A stretch of DNA of 64,000 nucleotides from Octopus sinensis. Its lineage: Eukaryota. The stretch covers positions 26,598,001 through 26,662,000 of the forward strand of contig NC_043009.1 of NCBI RefSeq assembly GCF_006345805.1, read 5' to 3'. The notes beneath the pieces were generated by a model, which was given only the letters and a program-made list of their open reading frames with translations, was not told the DNA's origin and did no database searches. Below, piece by piece: positions 13,074 to 26,975 of the stretch (position 1 is the first letter of the stretch; every line of letters begins with the position of its first letter). The position numbers and the translations under genes were made by a program.

Positions 13074-13339
13074 ACACACACACGCACACAAACACACACA
13101 CACAAACACACACACGCAAACACACACACACAAACACACACACACTCCCACACTTCCTCATCTGTTCAGAGAATCCATACAAGTGTTCTGGAAGTCGGCA
13201 CAACAGGATTTTTATCTCAGAATCTGGAAGCTTCCATGTTTAGGTTACATGTGTAGCATGATGCAAGATAAATTAGCGACTTGGTTTGGATTTCTCGTCT
13301 TTTCTCGACTCTTAATGGATGGCATTTCACTCAGACACA

Positions 13340-13580
13340 GTCACAGAGTATGAATTAACCCATACACCCATACACACACACACACACATACCCACACGCA
13401 CGAATATATATACAGACATACATATATACCTATATATAAATATATATATGTATATACATGCATATATATGAGTGTATATATAAATATGAGTGTATGTATA
13501 TATGTATTTATATATATGAGTGTATATATATATGTATATATATATATATGAGTGTATATATATATGTGTGTGTATGTATG

Positions 13581-13614
<34 letters not shown>

Positions 13615-13767
13615 AATACATATGTATGCATTTATATATATATGTATATGTTACTCTGTGTATAGTCATACGTACTCTGACAATCACAAGCAAGCATGCA
13701 GACACACATACATACATGCACACACATATATACACGTATGTGTACGTGTGTGATTAAGCATGTCAGA

Positions 13768-13803
<36 letters not shown>

Positions 13804-14140
13804 ATTTATAGACATGCGCATATCGGAGCGTGTGTAGATGAATGTGCTTGTATATTATACGTTAGTGTGTCAGCGTACATTATTTTCCAGAATTTAAAGC
13901 TAAAATGTTTGTAATTGCATGAAAAAAAAAAGTTGTGAAAAACGACAAAAATAAATAAAAGAAAATACAAGTAAAAAAATAAAAATAAAAGAAAATCAAT
14001 TACACTGAATTCGGATTTAATAACGACGGTGATCACGATGACGATGATGATAAATACACGAACAAGCATAACAAGAAGAAGACTATAGAGGGGAAAATGT
14101 ATTCGAAAATAGAAATAAGAAACAGAGGGAGAGACACAAA

Positions 14141-14215
<75 letters not shown>

Positions 14216-14224
14216 GTATGTATG

Positions 14225-14257
<33 letters not shown>

Positions 14258-14411
14258 CATGCATATATAGATGTATATAATATATATACATATATACATA
14301 TATGTATACACACATATATATAAACGTATATACATATATATATATACACACAATATATATACATATATATGCATGCATATATATCTATCTATATATCTAT
14401 CTATCTATCTA

Positions 14412-14453
<42 letters not shown>

Positions 14454-14600
14454 ATATATATTCATATATATATATATATATATATATTATATTCATATAT
14501 ATATATATATGTGTATATATATGTGTGTGTGTGTGTATCACAATATAAAGAATATAGATTTAACATGTATATATAGATATATATATATATATAATATGAA
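13340..14600. repeat. (TA)n/(CA)n microsatellite field
   Basis: Directly visible. Source of many YI/HT-rich spurious ORFs. Confidence 0.9.
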
Positions 14601-15667
14601 TAAAATTACCTATCTCAAATGATGAATAAGTTTAAAAAAAAAAAGAAGAATGAAGAAACCGAATAACTGTTTTTAGGAGTATCTGTGGTCCATTAAAAAG
14701 GTAGTGCATATGTACTGGTTGATAGATTTGGTAATTCCTAGACACTGGTACAGACACACAAACATACACATATATTCAAATATATGTAAATATGCATATA
14801 CAAATATATGTATATAAACAGGCACTCCCTCCGTTACGACGACGGATGTTCCAATTGACCCTGATCGACGGAACTCGTGAATTTAACGTGAAATTAACGT
14901 GCAAATGGCTGAGTACTCCACTGACATGCGTACCTTTAACGTAGTTCTCAGAGAGATTCAGTATGACACAGAATGTGACAAGGCTGGCCCTTTGAAATGC
15001 AGGTGCTACTCATTTTTGCGAACTGAGTGGACTAGTGCAACGTGAAGTAAAGTGTCTTTCTCAAGGACATATCACGCCGCCGGAAATTGAACTCACGACA
15101 TTGCGATCGTGAGCCGAATATCCTAACCAACAAGGCACATACACGCATATACACTTACATACATACATACATATCCACATGTGTGCGTTTTGTAAGTATG
15201 TATTATATATAATGACAAAATATGTTTACATGCAACATGCATATACATGTATATATTAACATGCAGTTTCACATACACACACGCACACACACACACACAC
15301 GCATATACATGTATTGTTCTCAAACTTCATTTGCCTGCCCTTTTTGTTATCGAAGAATGATCAGCCATATTTAATTTCAGCTTCCAACAAAACGAGATAG
15401 CAGAATCTTCTGATGAAATTCACACATGTTTGCCATAATGATGCTGGCAAATTGTCTCGAACTAAGAACGATACTTTGCCTGTGAACATGATGCAACTCG
15501 TTCTTACATACAAACATCTACATACATACATACATACATACATACATACATACATACATACATACATACATACATACATACCTGTATTAATTTATAAATT
15601 TTATACTACAATTATGTAGTTTATATTATATATGTATTAATATAGAAATATAAAATAATTCATTATA

Positions 15668-15870
15668 TGTTGTGTCTGGGGAGAGTCATTCTCTTTTAGT
15701 GCGTTTTGCAACCTTTTCAATAGTTTAGAAAAATAAAAAAGATATAAGTGGAAATTTTACCGGTGAGTGTGTTAAATTATAAAGCACAAAAAAAGAATGA
15801 CTCTCTCCAGACACAACAAAATATGCTTCATCACACGAACTTATATAAAGAATCTTGCAAACCAAATCCC
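15668..15870. mobile_element. Rearranged (inverted) fragment of a TA-embedded repeat family, probably a Penelope-like terminal repeat
   Basis: TGTTGTGTCTGGGGAGAGTCATTCTCTTTT (15668-15697) is inverted at ~15789-15819. The same family occurs at 47836-47930, 48260-48450 and 55700-55855. Confidence 0.6.
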
Positions 15871-16022
15871 AAAACGAAATTTATTATTTATTTATTTATT
15901 TATTTATTATACTCTAAAATAAATTGTTATTATAAGATAAAGGCTGCGAAACGATCGTCGTTGTTTGGATGTCAGTTGGTGAAATAAACTTTTACATCTT
16001 ATATATCCTGTCTTTATATTAC

Positions 16023-16489
16023 ACTAGCAGCATAGCCCGACGTTGCCCGGGTATGTAAGAGCCCCTAGTAGGCAACGACTAATCCCAATCTAGTCCTTTC
16101 CCTCAAGGGGACGAAGGCGCATGTGTAGGTTGCAATGTCTTCTCTTCACTCGAATACTTCTGTGTATACGATGTTTCTAGCTGTCCCTTTGGGCGAAAAC
16201 ATGAAAACATCATTGCGCCTCCCAACGCGTGAACAGCCCACGTACAGCCCAGAAAATGTGTTTCATTTAAAAAGCTTAGATTCTCGACCCCATGTCGAAT
16301 TTGTCGATTTATTCAGAACTGGGGGAACTTTTCAAAATTTTCGCTGCATTAGTTTTGAATTATGACATTGGGCTATGTGTGTGTCAAGTTTCATCAGAAT
16401 CGGTTGAAAGCCGTGGTCAGGGTGAGGGTACAACCTGACAGACACACAGACACACAGACAGACAAACTGCCGTTTATATATAGAGAGAT
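16023..16489 (+). mobile_element. Non-autonomous Helitron-like element (Lep1-type architecture)
   Basis: Starts ACTAGCAG…CCCGACGTTGCCCGGG. Ends AAGTTTCATCAGAATCGGTTG…(GACA)n…TTTATATATAGAGAGAT, the layout known from Lep1-like Helitrons. Confidence 0.7.
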
Positions 16490-16875
16490 ATACATACATA
16501 TATACATACATACATGTACACACATACACACACGCACACGCGCGCGCGCACATATAGCTGACAGGCTAGGCACACAAATGATTTGTTTGTTAGTGTTGAT
16601 GGCTTGGGGAAAGGCTTAAAGCCGAAAGCTGGTGCAAATGTTAATCACAAACTCGATTAACAATGCGACACAATCTTTTCTATTAGAGTTCTCTATCTTC
16701 TGGGTTTGTCGCCTTTTCTAGATTATTCTCTCATCCTATCGTGCCGTTTTTAGTTTGTTATACCATGTGGGCAGCGCCTGAAGATTGTGATAGGACGTAT
16801 TAAAAAAATACTGTCTGATATGCTCTGCTCACATGAAACTAATAGTAGTACATAGAGAGATATATTGTGTTTATT

Positions 16876-16956
<81 letters not shown>

Positions 16957-17134
16957 AATAAATACGCCCTTTTTAAAACCTAGCCAGGCTCATGGGTCCG
17001 GTTTCCCGGTTTCTATGCGTATGTGTTCCCCAGCTAGACGGGACGCCAGTCTATCGCAGCGTTACTCATTTTTGCCAGCTGAGTGGACTGGAGCAACGTG
17101 AAATGAAGTGTTTTGCCAAGAACACAACGCGTTG

Positions 17135-17393
17135 TGGATTTAGTATTAGTCTTTATTTTGTACGACGATCGTTTTGACCCGTCCTGCGTCTATAACTGAA
17201 GCGGATAAATAACAGCAGGACCGCCCGAATTCAAGATCTTTAGCGAGCCACTTTCTGTATGAATGAACCTGATGTGACCCACACTGCCAAATTGATACAA
17301 CACAATATGATGCACAACATCCCACCCATAAGGAACAGTCGTAGGATGAGTCGGAACGACCGTCGTACAAAATAAAGACTCATACCAAATCCA
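17135..17393. mobile_element. MITE with ~55-bp imperfect terminal inverted repeats
   Basis: Left end TGGATTTAGTATTAGTCTTTATTTTGTACGACG… is the reverse complement of right end …CGTCGTACAAAATAAAGACTCATACCAAATCCA. No clear TSD. Confidence 0.8.
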
Positions 17394-17979
17394 TCTTTTC
17401 TTTCTTTAATCGATTATCGATAAGGAGGAGGATATCAAGCCTTTATTCTGCTGGTAGAAACAGCAACATTACCATTACACACACACACACACAACACACA
17501 CACACACACACACACACAATGTAAATAACTGTCCGTTAATTCATCTGAGTGTGCCTAATCTGTGTTTAGTTTTTCATCCCTCAGAATACCAATAAAGCAC
17601 CCTTCACACACAGCAGGCTTGGTAGTATTGCTGGTTTAGTTGATACCATAACAAGTTAGAAACTTCAAGAGAACGTGAAATAATTCGCAGGCTGTCTGTG
17701 AAACTCGAGACTTACTTTTCCAAGGATTATGCATACACACGCACATACACGCATGCACACACACTAATATATATCTGTGTGTGCTGGTGTGTGTGTGTGT
17801 ATTCACACACAGACCTTCATACGTAGTGATTATGAAGTTATATGTCCATAGTTTAGGATTTCAATATGGTGGATACTGTAGACTTTTATATAATTGTAGA
17901 ATCTGAACCGGCGATGTGAATTCGCACCGGGATTTAATATTTCATATCTAACGTCATTTAATAGGTACGAACGCAGATA

Positions 17980-18381
17980 TTTATTTCTTTATTGCCCACA
18001 GGGCGCTAAACAGAGGGGACAAAAGGATTAAATCGATTACATCGACCTCAGTGCGTAACTGGTACGTATTTGATTGACCCCAAAAGGATGAAAGGCAAAG
18101 TCGACCTCGGCGGAATTTGAACTCAGAACGTAACAGCAGATGAAATACCCATTTCTTTACTACCCACAAGGGGCTAAACACAGAGGGGACAAACAAGGAC
18201 AGACAATCGGATTAAGTCGATTGCATCGACCCCAGTGCGTAACTGGCACTTAATTTTTCGACCCCGAAAGGATGAAAGGCAAAGTCGACCTCGGCGGAAT
18301 TTGAACTCAGAACATAACAGCAGACGAAATACCGCTAAGCATTTCGCCCGGCGTCCTAACGATTCTGCCAGCTCGCCGCCC
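17980..18381 (-). mobile_element. Family 1 SINE head-to-tail multimer (2 cores)
   Basis: One head at ~18330-18381 and a repeated core and tail. Confidence 0.88.
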
Positions 18382-19151
18382 TGCGAAAGCAGATATAAAG
18401 AAAAACCGGTTAACGTGTGAGAAACAAACATGGTGGCTGAACGTTTATCTCTCTGGAGTCGATAAAATAAAGAAGCAACTATGAACTGAGGTTGATAGTA
18501 TCGACTAAACCCCACCCCTCAAAATTTGCTGGCTTTTAAAGGAGTAGAATCATTCGAGTATTGATGCAAATGCGTAGCATTATTTGCTTAGGATCTTGTT
18601 TTAATTTCAAATCTCACCGATGTCAGCTTTGGGTTGATGAGAAAGAGTACCAGTGAAATACTGGGGGCGATTTAATCGGTGAACCCTCTCCCCACAAAGG
18701 CGCTGGCCTTGTACCTAAATTGGAAGCAAATGGATTCGGGTTAATTTTGTTTTCTTTTCGCTTTCGGTTCTACAATAGAAGTACCAGTGCTATCTTGGTG
18801 TCAATTCGGCAGAATGTACTATTCAGAAATTGATAGTTATCAACATGGACTAATCAATCACCAAGGAGCAGATCTATAAGATTAAAGACATTCCATCCAT
18901 GACCGTCCCAGCTTTTTTCCAGAATGCGTTATCAAATGTGAATTTTTATTTTTAACACGGGAGGGAGTGAGATTTGAAAGAGATTAAGCTGGTATTTCTA
19001 GTGACCGGTAGAGACACGTTGATTCACTGTTGTCGTTGTTGGTCGTTTTTTTGTTACTGTGACTTATTGTTGCTGCTGTTGTCGTGTGCATATTCCTCGA
19101 GGTGGGAGGTATTTCTTTGTTTGTCCACGTCTCAGATGTCGCGGTGTGTGA

Positions 19152-19224
<73 letters not shown>

Positions 19225-20323
19225 TGCGCGCGTATGTGTGTGTGGTATGTGGTGATGTTGCTGTTTCTACAAGCAGAATAAAGGCTTGATATCCTCCTTT
19301 TCCTCTTCCTTATCATCATCACCGTCACCACCATCATCATCATCGTTATAATTGTTATTTTCATCATTCACTTTCCCTCTGTCGTTCTTTCTTTCTCCCT
19401 CTCCCCCCATCCCCCTCTCTCTTTTTCTCCCATTTTTATTCGGAGATCATCGTAAAAGAATCACCATAAAGCACGGCAAAAATCCTTTTCAGAGATTTTC
19501 CTGTTCCAGTACTTTTTATTGCTTGGCTTTTGTTGGTTTTAACATTAAACGAGAACATGGCGGTCTTGCTATTTTTCTTCTTTTTAAGGTATGGCGTGTG
19601 TATGTACATATGTATGTGTGCTAGTAACTATGTACGCATATATGTATACGCTCGCTTTTGTGTGCATATATATCTATGTGTATGTATTCTTGGATGTTTG
19701 TCGGTTTCTTTCACTGAATGTATTACGGCAGTGTTGTATGTATATGTGTGTGTTTGCGAGTTTGTTCCTTTCTTTTGTTCCTACATGGAGAGAGAAAAGA
19801 TTTTAATCTTGATGATGGTGTAACACGTGATCACGAAAGATTGTATTGGCGGCCATATTGAAATGTAATAAATACAAAAATATCTTTTGTTCAATACATT
19901 CAGCAGTCTTATGTACACAAGTGGCTACATTACTAACCGTAACTTATGAATTTCTGGATATCCAATGTCATACATCAACCGTAATTCTATAGCTGGGGTC
20001 GTTAGAACGTCGGAGAAATTTCCTTGCGTTATTTGTTCCGCTTCTCCGTACTCCTGAGTTCAAATCACATCGTGGTCAACTTTACCTTTTAACCTTCTAG
20101 CGTTGATAAAATAAAGTTCCAACCCACTACCTGGGCTGGTTCTTCTATCTGTCTGTCGTTTGTCTATGTCCATTTATCTATCGTCTGTTTGTCTAACTGT
20201 CTAACTGCCTGCGTATCTGCCTGTCAGTCTAACTTTTCAGAGTGGGTAAAGACCAGTTTAGTATCAGAACTGTATGATTCTTCCCTGTTTATTCGTTTGT
20301 CTGTCAAGCTGTCTGTGTAGCCC

Positions 20324-20578
20324 TACGGTTCTCAACCATTTTTCTAATTCTGGACCCTTTTTGATTCCTATTTTACTCGTGATGACTCTCATAACCTTTC
20401 CATCAGTAAAAAAAATCTTATAGTATTTTTATAATTAAATATTATTAGGAATTATACTAAAAATTGTTAAAATATTTTCTGTATTGTAAAAATATAACCA
20501 ATTTATTGTGGATAAACTGTAACACCAAAATCTTCTATGGAGCCCTAAAGGTAATATGGAAACCGGCTCAGAATCACG
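20324..20578. mobile_element. Degenerate hAT/Charlie-like MITE
   Basis: Starts …GGTTCTCAACC. Body is similar to the copy at 37252-37495. Confidence 0.6.
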
Positions 20579-21940
20579 AATGTAATCATTTAGAGTGGTT
20601 AAATAAATTACCAGTTCAGTAATGGTGTTAACTCTCTGCCTGTCTGTCTGTTTCTCTCCGTAACTTCTCTCTCTCGCATTCTTTCTCCTTCTCTCTGTTT
20701 CCGCCCCCTCTCTCTCTCTTTCTTTCTGGATCAGCTAAATTGCGCTGTGAAAAGCATCTATTTCTCCAAAGAGGTTAATAACTTTTACTCACAGAAAAAT
20801 TATCCTGCTACGGGAACTGTGTATGGACGACCCGATGTGAAGTGCAGCACAAAATTAAAATGAAGAAAAGATTCTCTAATCGGTTGTCCATCTTAAAAAG
20901 TAACGGCTGCTACAAGATTCCCTCAAGTTATTTGGTAAACTTACTTTGTGCCCAGTCAGTCGAATCTGGAAGTGTCAATTGTTCCTCTCTTATCTACATC
21001 CATTGCACAGACAAGCTAACGAGGGAGCTTGCAAGTGGTAACCCGCTCTGCTAGAAATAGCAGTCGAATCTCCTTCGAATCACATGCTACCATTATTTAA
21101 TCACAGATAAATCTGTGAGGATGGCCTCAGCATTCCAATGTTGCTAATCGTAGGTGTATCTGCTCCATCAGCGCTAAGCGCTAAATAGAGGTGGTGAATT
21201 ACACAATAACGATCCATTGCACAGAGTTTGATCTTGAAAAGCCCAGAACAATTCGATGGAAAATTAAGAACATTGAGGTTATCAACACCGAAGTAAAATA
21301 ATGTGGGTTGATAAAAGCAGCGCAGTCGAGCATAATATGACGGTTAAGAATGCGTTTCAATGCAGGACGAAGCTACTCCACGTTGGCCGTGTTAATTGCT
21401 TGACTAAAATTACAAGTCTTGTGCCAAAATTGGAAAGAATTAATAGGGTGGCGAGCTAGCAGAATGGTTATCGCGTCGGACAAAATGCTTAGCGACATAT
21501 CTTCCGCTTGTTTATATTTACAGTTCAAATCCCACTGCCCTCAACTTTGCGGTTCATCATTTCAGGGTCGATAAATTAAAGTACGAGTCTACAACTGTGG
21601 TAAATGGTATCGACTTGACTCCCTCGCCTCAAAATTGCTGCCAAAATTAAAAAGAATTATTACTTTCATTATTATTATGATTATCATTATTATCATTATT
21701 ATGAGGTTGCGAGCTGGTAAGGATAGTTTGGGCACCGAATAAAATGTTTAGCGTCATTTCTTCCGGCTTTACGGTCTAAGATCAAATTCCGTTGAGCTCA
21801 GTTTTGCCCTTCATCCTTTTGGTTGGAGGGGGTCAATAAAGTAAAGAACCAATCGAGTAGTAAAATCGATGGTATAGACTTGCCCCCTTAAAATTGTTGA
21901 CCTTCTGCCAAAATCTGAAACCATTATTATTATTATTATT

Positions 21941-22421
21941 GAGTGAGCGAGCAGAGCATGCCATCAAAGTGACACTGGGGTAAAATATACGAAGCCCAGT
22001 ATACCCATCATGACTACTCGTCTGATAAGGGTACACCAGGCACATGCATCACAACCATATGTGCGCGACATGGTGATCTCATATCAAGATAAACAGCACA
22101 TGACCTTGCAGGTGGAGCCCAGTTAGAATTTTCTTCAGATCGAGTAACCCATCCCGCTCAAAAGGTCCCTGAATAAGGGTTGTTTAAGGACGTTGAACGA
22201 AACACCCATGTTTCCAGAGGTGATTATTCAAACCCCAAAGAATCCTTCTCAACACATGGCTATGATGCTCCCCCACTACTTCTGCTCGTGATCAGAGATG
22301 CACATATCGTCAGCCACTAAGGGACATGCTCAACTGGTTAAGGTCAAACAACTGACAAGCAAATCTGTGGTATTGAGCAGAATATTTGCTGTAGCCCATC
22401 TTTTATACCAAGACAAAGCAA
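21941..22421 (-). mobile_element. Longer copy of the (AAT)n-tailed repeat, flanked by (TTA)n on both sides
   Basis: Homologous to 11761-12086. (TTA)n at 21922-21940 and from 22423. Confidence 0.75.
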
Positions 22422-22422
<1 letters not shown>

Positions 22423-22455
<33 letters not shown>

Positions 22456-22671
22456 GTTATTGTTATTATTATTTCGTGTATCAAGAGGGCTACATCTCTA
22501 TCATCCTCCCCGCCACTTTTTTTAGAACCCCTGTATGCTATGCATATGTCCCTTTATTATTATTATTATTGTTATTATTATTATTATTATTTCGTGTATC
22601 AAGAGGGCTACATCTCTATCATCCTCCCCCCACTTTTTTTAGAACCCCTGTATGCTATGCATATGTCCCTT
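22423..22671. repeat. Tandem duplication, period ~118 bp
   Basis: CGTGTATCAAGAGGGCTAC…ATGTCCCT starts at 22475 and at 22593, each copy preceded by (TTA)n. Confidence 0.92.
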
Positions 22672-22871
22672 CTATTTTAGTGTGTACTGTGTATACTTTA
22701 TTCTGTCTTTCCTTCAATTTTAAAAATTTAATTTAATTTAATTTAATTTTTATCATTTCATTATATGTAAACTCCCACACTTTATGTTTGTCTTTGTATT
22801 GTAACTTTCACCCTTGTGGCAAAGAAATGAAATCATCATTATTATTATTATCGTTATCGTTATTATTATTA

Positions 22872-23232
22872 AGGCGGCGAGCTGACAGAACCGTTAGCAC
22901 GCCGGGCGAAATGCGTAGCCGTATTTCGTCTGCCGTTACGTTGTGAGTTCAAATTCCGCCGAGGTCGACTTTGCCTTTCATCCTTTCGGGATCGATAAAT
23001 TAAGAACCAGTTACGCACTGGGGTCGATGTAATCGACTTAATACCTCTGTCTGTCCTTGTTTGTCCCCTCTATGTTTAGCCCCTTGTGGGTAATAAAGAA
23101 ATAGGTATTTCGTCTGCCGTTACGTTCTGAGTTCAAATTCCGCCGAGGTCGACTTTGCCTTTCATCCTTTTGGGGCCGGTAAAATAAGTACCAGTGAAAC
23201 ACTGGGGTCGATGTAATCGACTAGTCCCAGGG
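22872..23232 (+). mobile_element. Family 1 SINE dimer
   Basis: Head, core, tail, then the core restarts at AAAGAAATAG|GTATTTCG. Confidence 0.9.
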
Positions 23233-23273
<41 letters not shown>

Positions 23274-23640
23274 CATCATTTCTACCATCACCTTCAAATT
23301 CAGCATGTCATTTGTTTTCTCACTCATACAGATGGTGAATAGAGTGGTCCTCCAAAGCTTCCATAAGCGGTCACAACACACAGATACAAGATATTACACG
23401 TACACAAACATGCAAACATATGCAGACGCATACATTTCGCACAAGTGCATACATACGCTGCATCATACACGGACATGCAACGGCTATTACATACGATGCA
23501 CAAATACGCACAGAATTACACACACACACACACACACAAGCACACACACAGTTACACAAATACACACACAGATACACATATATACACACGCTATACAAAA
23601 ATACACACACTAATATATACATACATACACACACACATAC

Positions 23641-23689
<49 letters not shown>

Positions 23690-24269
23690 CACACTCGCAA
23701 ACACACACACACATATATACAAACGTCCTTAGAGGCACATTACGCACGTACATACTCACACACGCTCACACACATGAATACAATATGCATTTGTTGACAT
23801 GTATTTGTCCGTCATAAATGTCCCCATCACACACGCGCGCACACACACACGCACACACACACACACACACACACCACACACACACACACACACGCACACG
23901 GTCTCACACATGCATACTTCTACAAATACGGTGTAGCTTTTGTTGGCGTGTTATATCTGTCCGCCATAAATCATCAAGTTGGAAAGAAAGGGGACATTAC
24001 CAAATTAAATCTAGGATCAGTGATTCGTTTATTTAAGTGTCACACACGATCCCTATTACTACCAGTTCTCTATTACAACCTGCTCCCTATTATCGCCTCC
24101 GCACCTGTCACTCTCTCCGCCCCTCCGCCTCCTCCTCCTCCTTCTCCTCCTCTCCGGGTTCTTCCTTCAGACGATGTTGACGGATGCTGTGAAACTATTT
24201 AATGACTGTCTCCGTGAGTCATTCCTGACGACAGTTAACATCCATCTTACTTCTAACCTGACAGCTGGA

Positions 24270-24861
24270 AACGATGACAATGGCGGAGGCGGCGGCGGCG
24301 GCGGCCATCATGATGATGATGATGATGATGCAGGCGATCAGGTTGGTGGTGGTGACGTTGTCACCGACGATGATGGCGGCAACGGTGATGACAATGACGG
24401 TGATGGTAAAGGTGATAATGATGAGGAGGAGGAGGAAGAGGCCGATGGTGAAGATGATGGCGATGACGATGGCGGCCGTAGTGATGAAAATGGCGACGAG
24501 GTTGATAATGATGGTGATTGCAATGGCAATGACAAGCGCGATGGGATGGTGAGGGGAATGGCGATGGTGATTATGAAGGGAGCGATGGTTATGACGATTA
24601 TTCTCATTACAAAGATTGTTATACTTAGGCAATAATAATGACAACAGCGACAATGACGATAACGATGATGACGACGAAGAGGATGAGGATGAGGATAAAG
24701 GCGAAATTGATAACAACGAAGCTGACATACACAGCGATGATGATGGTGATGACGACGATGACGACGACGATAACTACGACTGTTGTTGTGATGAGGATGG
24801 TCGAAATGATGACAATAACGGTCGATGGTAAGAAACATGATAACGGACAACAACGACGGTG

Positions 24862-24898
<37 letters not shown>

Positions 24899-25168
24899 CG
24901 ACGATAATGATGCTGATTGATGACGACGACAACAACAAAGACGACGACGACGATGATGATGATGATGATAACGACGACAACAACGACGACGATGATGATG
25001 ATGATGACGACGTTGAAGTCAAGGAAGATGAGGATGATGACAATGGTAGTAGTGATGATGATGATAATGAAAAGGAGATGGATACTGATAATGGCGTCGG
25101 AAAGTATGTAAACGATGACGGTAATGACAATGACAACGACAATATTGAGAACGATGACGACGAGAACT
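24270..25168. repeat. Cryptically simple (GAT/GAC/GGT)n trinucleotide tract
   Basis: Directly visible. The Asp-rich reading shifts frame between ORFs 24174, 24616 and 24859. Confidence 0.85.
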
Positions 25169-26875
25169 AAGAGCCTTTCACTTTCATTATTCGGTATGTG
25201 TAAGGATCGGCAGAATTGTTAAAACGTGACGCTTGTTCCGATACTCTTCGCTGAGTTCAGCGCTTGATTTACCATGGGTACCTTTAGCGGACCCCACTTT
25301 ATTGCACGTACTTGAGCCAAGTCTCTGATTTGAGGATATATTCGTCATTCCCTCCCTTCAGCCTTGGAGGCCCTATAAAGGGTCAAGGACACACAGCCTT
25401 TCCTCCTGACTAAAACTGGAAGAACATACTGGAAAATGTAGTCTCAGGTATCGGAAAACGTGAGAAGGTTGCGGCTGAAATGCCTTTGATTGAAAGTTCC
25501 GCACACTAAGATCGAACACCCATAATAACTATTTCCCTTTCTAAACTTGGCACAATGCAAGCAATTTTAAAGGGAAAAGAAAGTCGATTATATCGGTTCC
25601 TGTTCTTAACTGGTACTTGTTTTGTCGACCACAAAAAGATGAAGGGGAAAATTAAACTCTGTGGGATTTGAACCTAGAACATAAAGAATCGAAAGAAATT
25701 ACGTTAAGCATTTTACACGACGATCTAATGATTCTACCAGCTCACTGCCTTCAGAATAACACCAGAAATAATAAGAATAGATTCTTGATTTGTATCAATT
25801 CGTTGAGTGAAAAAGAGAGGCCAAAATAAAAGAAGAAATTTACCCCCTCCCCATAATAATTATTTATAATGTATTCTTATGGTCACAGTTTGCGGGTAGT
25901 AGGATGTTAATTAAACCAAGTGTTTCACCGCCTCGTGTGTATTACGATCTAAAGAGGGTGCCCTCAATGAAGTAATTTAGCTTGTTCAGTAAAACCAGCC
26001 AAACCTCTCTTATATCACATCTTGTCATCCTTAAAAATGAAGGACAAATTTGCTGATACAGTACTAGGTACATTATGTATGAACAAAAGAAAGAAAAATC
26101 TGGATTGAGAGGTTTGGAATATATTTTATAAATTAATATATTAATAGATTTGTTTAATCTGAGTAGATCTAGAGATAAACAACAACAACAACAACAAGGG
26201 CGAAAACGACAACAACAGCAACAACAGCTGCGGTGGCGGCAGTGGTGGTTTCAAATTTTGGTACAAAGCCAGCAATTTCAAGGGGTCATAGAAAATCGAT
26301 TACATTGCCCGTAGTATTTCATTGGTACTTTGTTTTATTGACAAAAGTCGACTTTGGCGGGATTTGAACTCAGAACATAAAGAAAGATCCTGGCGAAATG
26401 CTGCTAAGCGTTTTGTTCGGTGCGCTGACAATATTCGCTACGTTCTGTGTTCAAATTCCGCCGAGGTCGATTTTGCCTTTCATCCTTTCGGGGTCGATAA
26501 ATTAAGTACCAGTTGTGGAATAGGGCCGATCTAATCGACTGCCCCCCACCTCCTCCCAAATTTCCCGCCTTGTGCCTAGAGTAGAAAAGAATGTCCGTTG
26601 CATCTCAAACCGTCTTATGCACGGACGAAGTTCAAGCAGTACACTCAAGGTCAATATTACACCCAGTCAGACAGACAGATAGACAGATAAACACACAAAG
26701 CCAGCCAGCCAACCAGCCAGCCAACCTGCCAGCCAGATCTCCCGCCAGCCAGCCAGCCAGCTAGCCAGTCTATCACTCAAGCTTGTTTCATTATCTGGAT
26801 TCTTCAAACAACCACAGCTGCTTGTTTGAAACTAAGATTAGTCGCGTCTTAACCCCCTTTTTTAATTAACGGGGC

Positions 26876-26975
26876 NNNNNNNNNNNNNNNNNNNNNNNNN
26901 NNNNNNNNNNNNNNNNNNNNNNNNNNNNNNNNNNNNNNNNNNNNNNNNNNNNNNNNNNNNNNNNNNNNNNNNNNN
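26876..26975. other. Assembly gap (100 N)
   Basis: Run of N. Confidence 1.

Noticed and set aside
13160-13240. C2H2 zinc-finger linker-like words (RIHT, ENPYKC)
   Set aside because: The two words are in different frames and there is no Cys/His spacing or repeat.
15945-15965. Hammerhead 3' half GAAACGATCGTC
   Set aside because: The upstream CUGANGA core and stem I partner are missing. At best a decayed relic.
24174-25170. Aspartate-rich biomineral-type protein
   Set aside because: The acidic frame shifts repeatedly and the opposite strand gives typical poly-S/I microsatellite ORFs. Better explained as a cryptic (GAT)n repeat.
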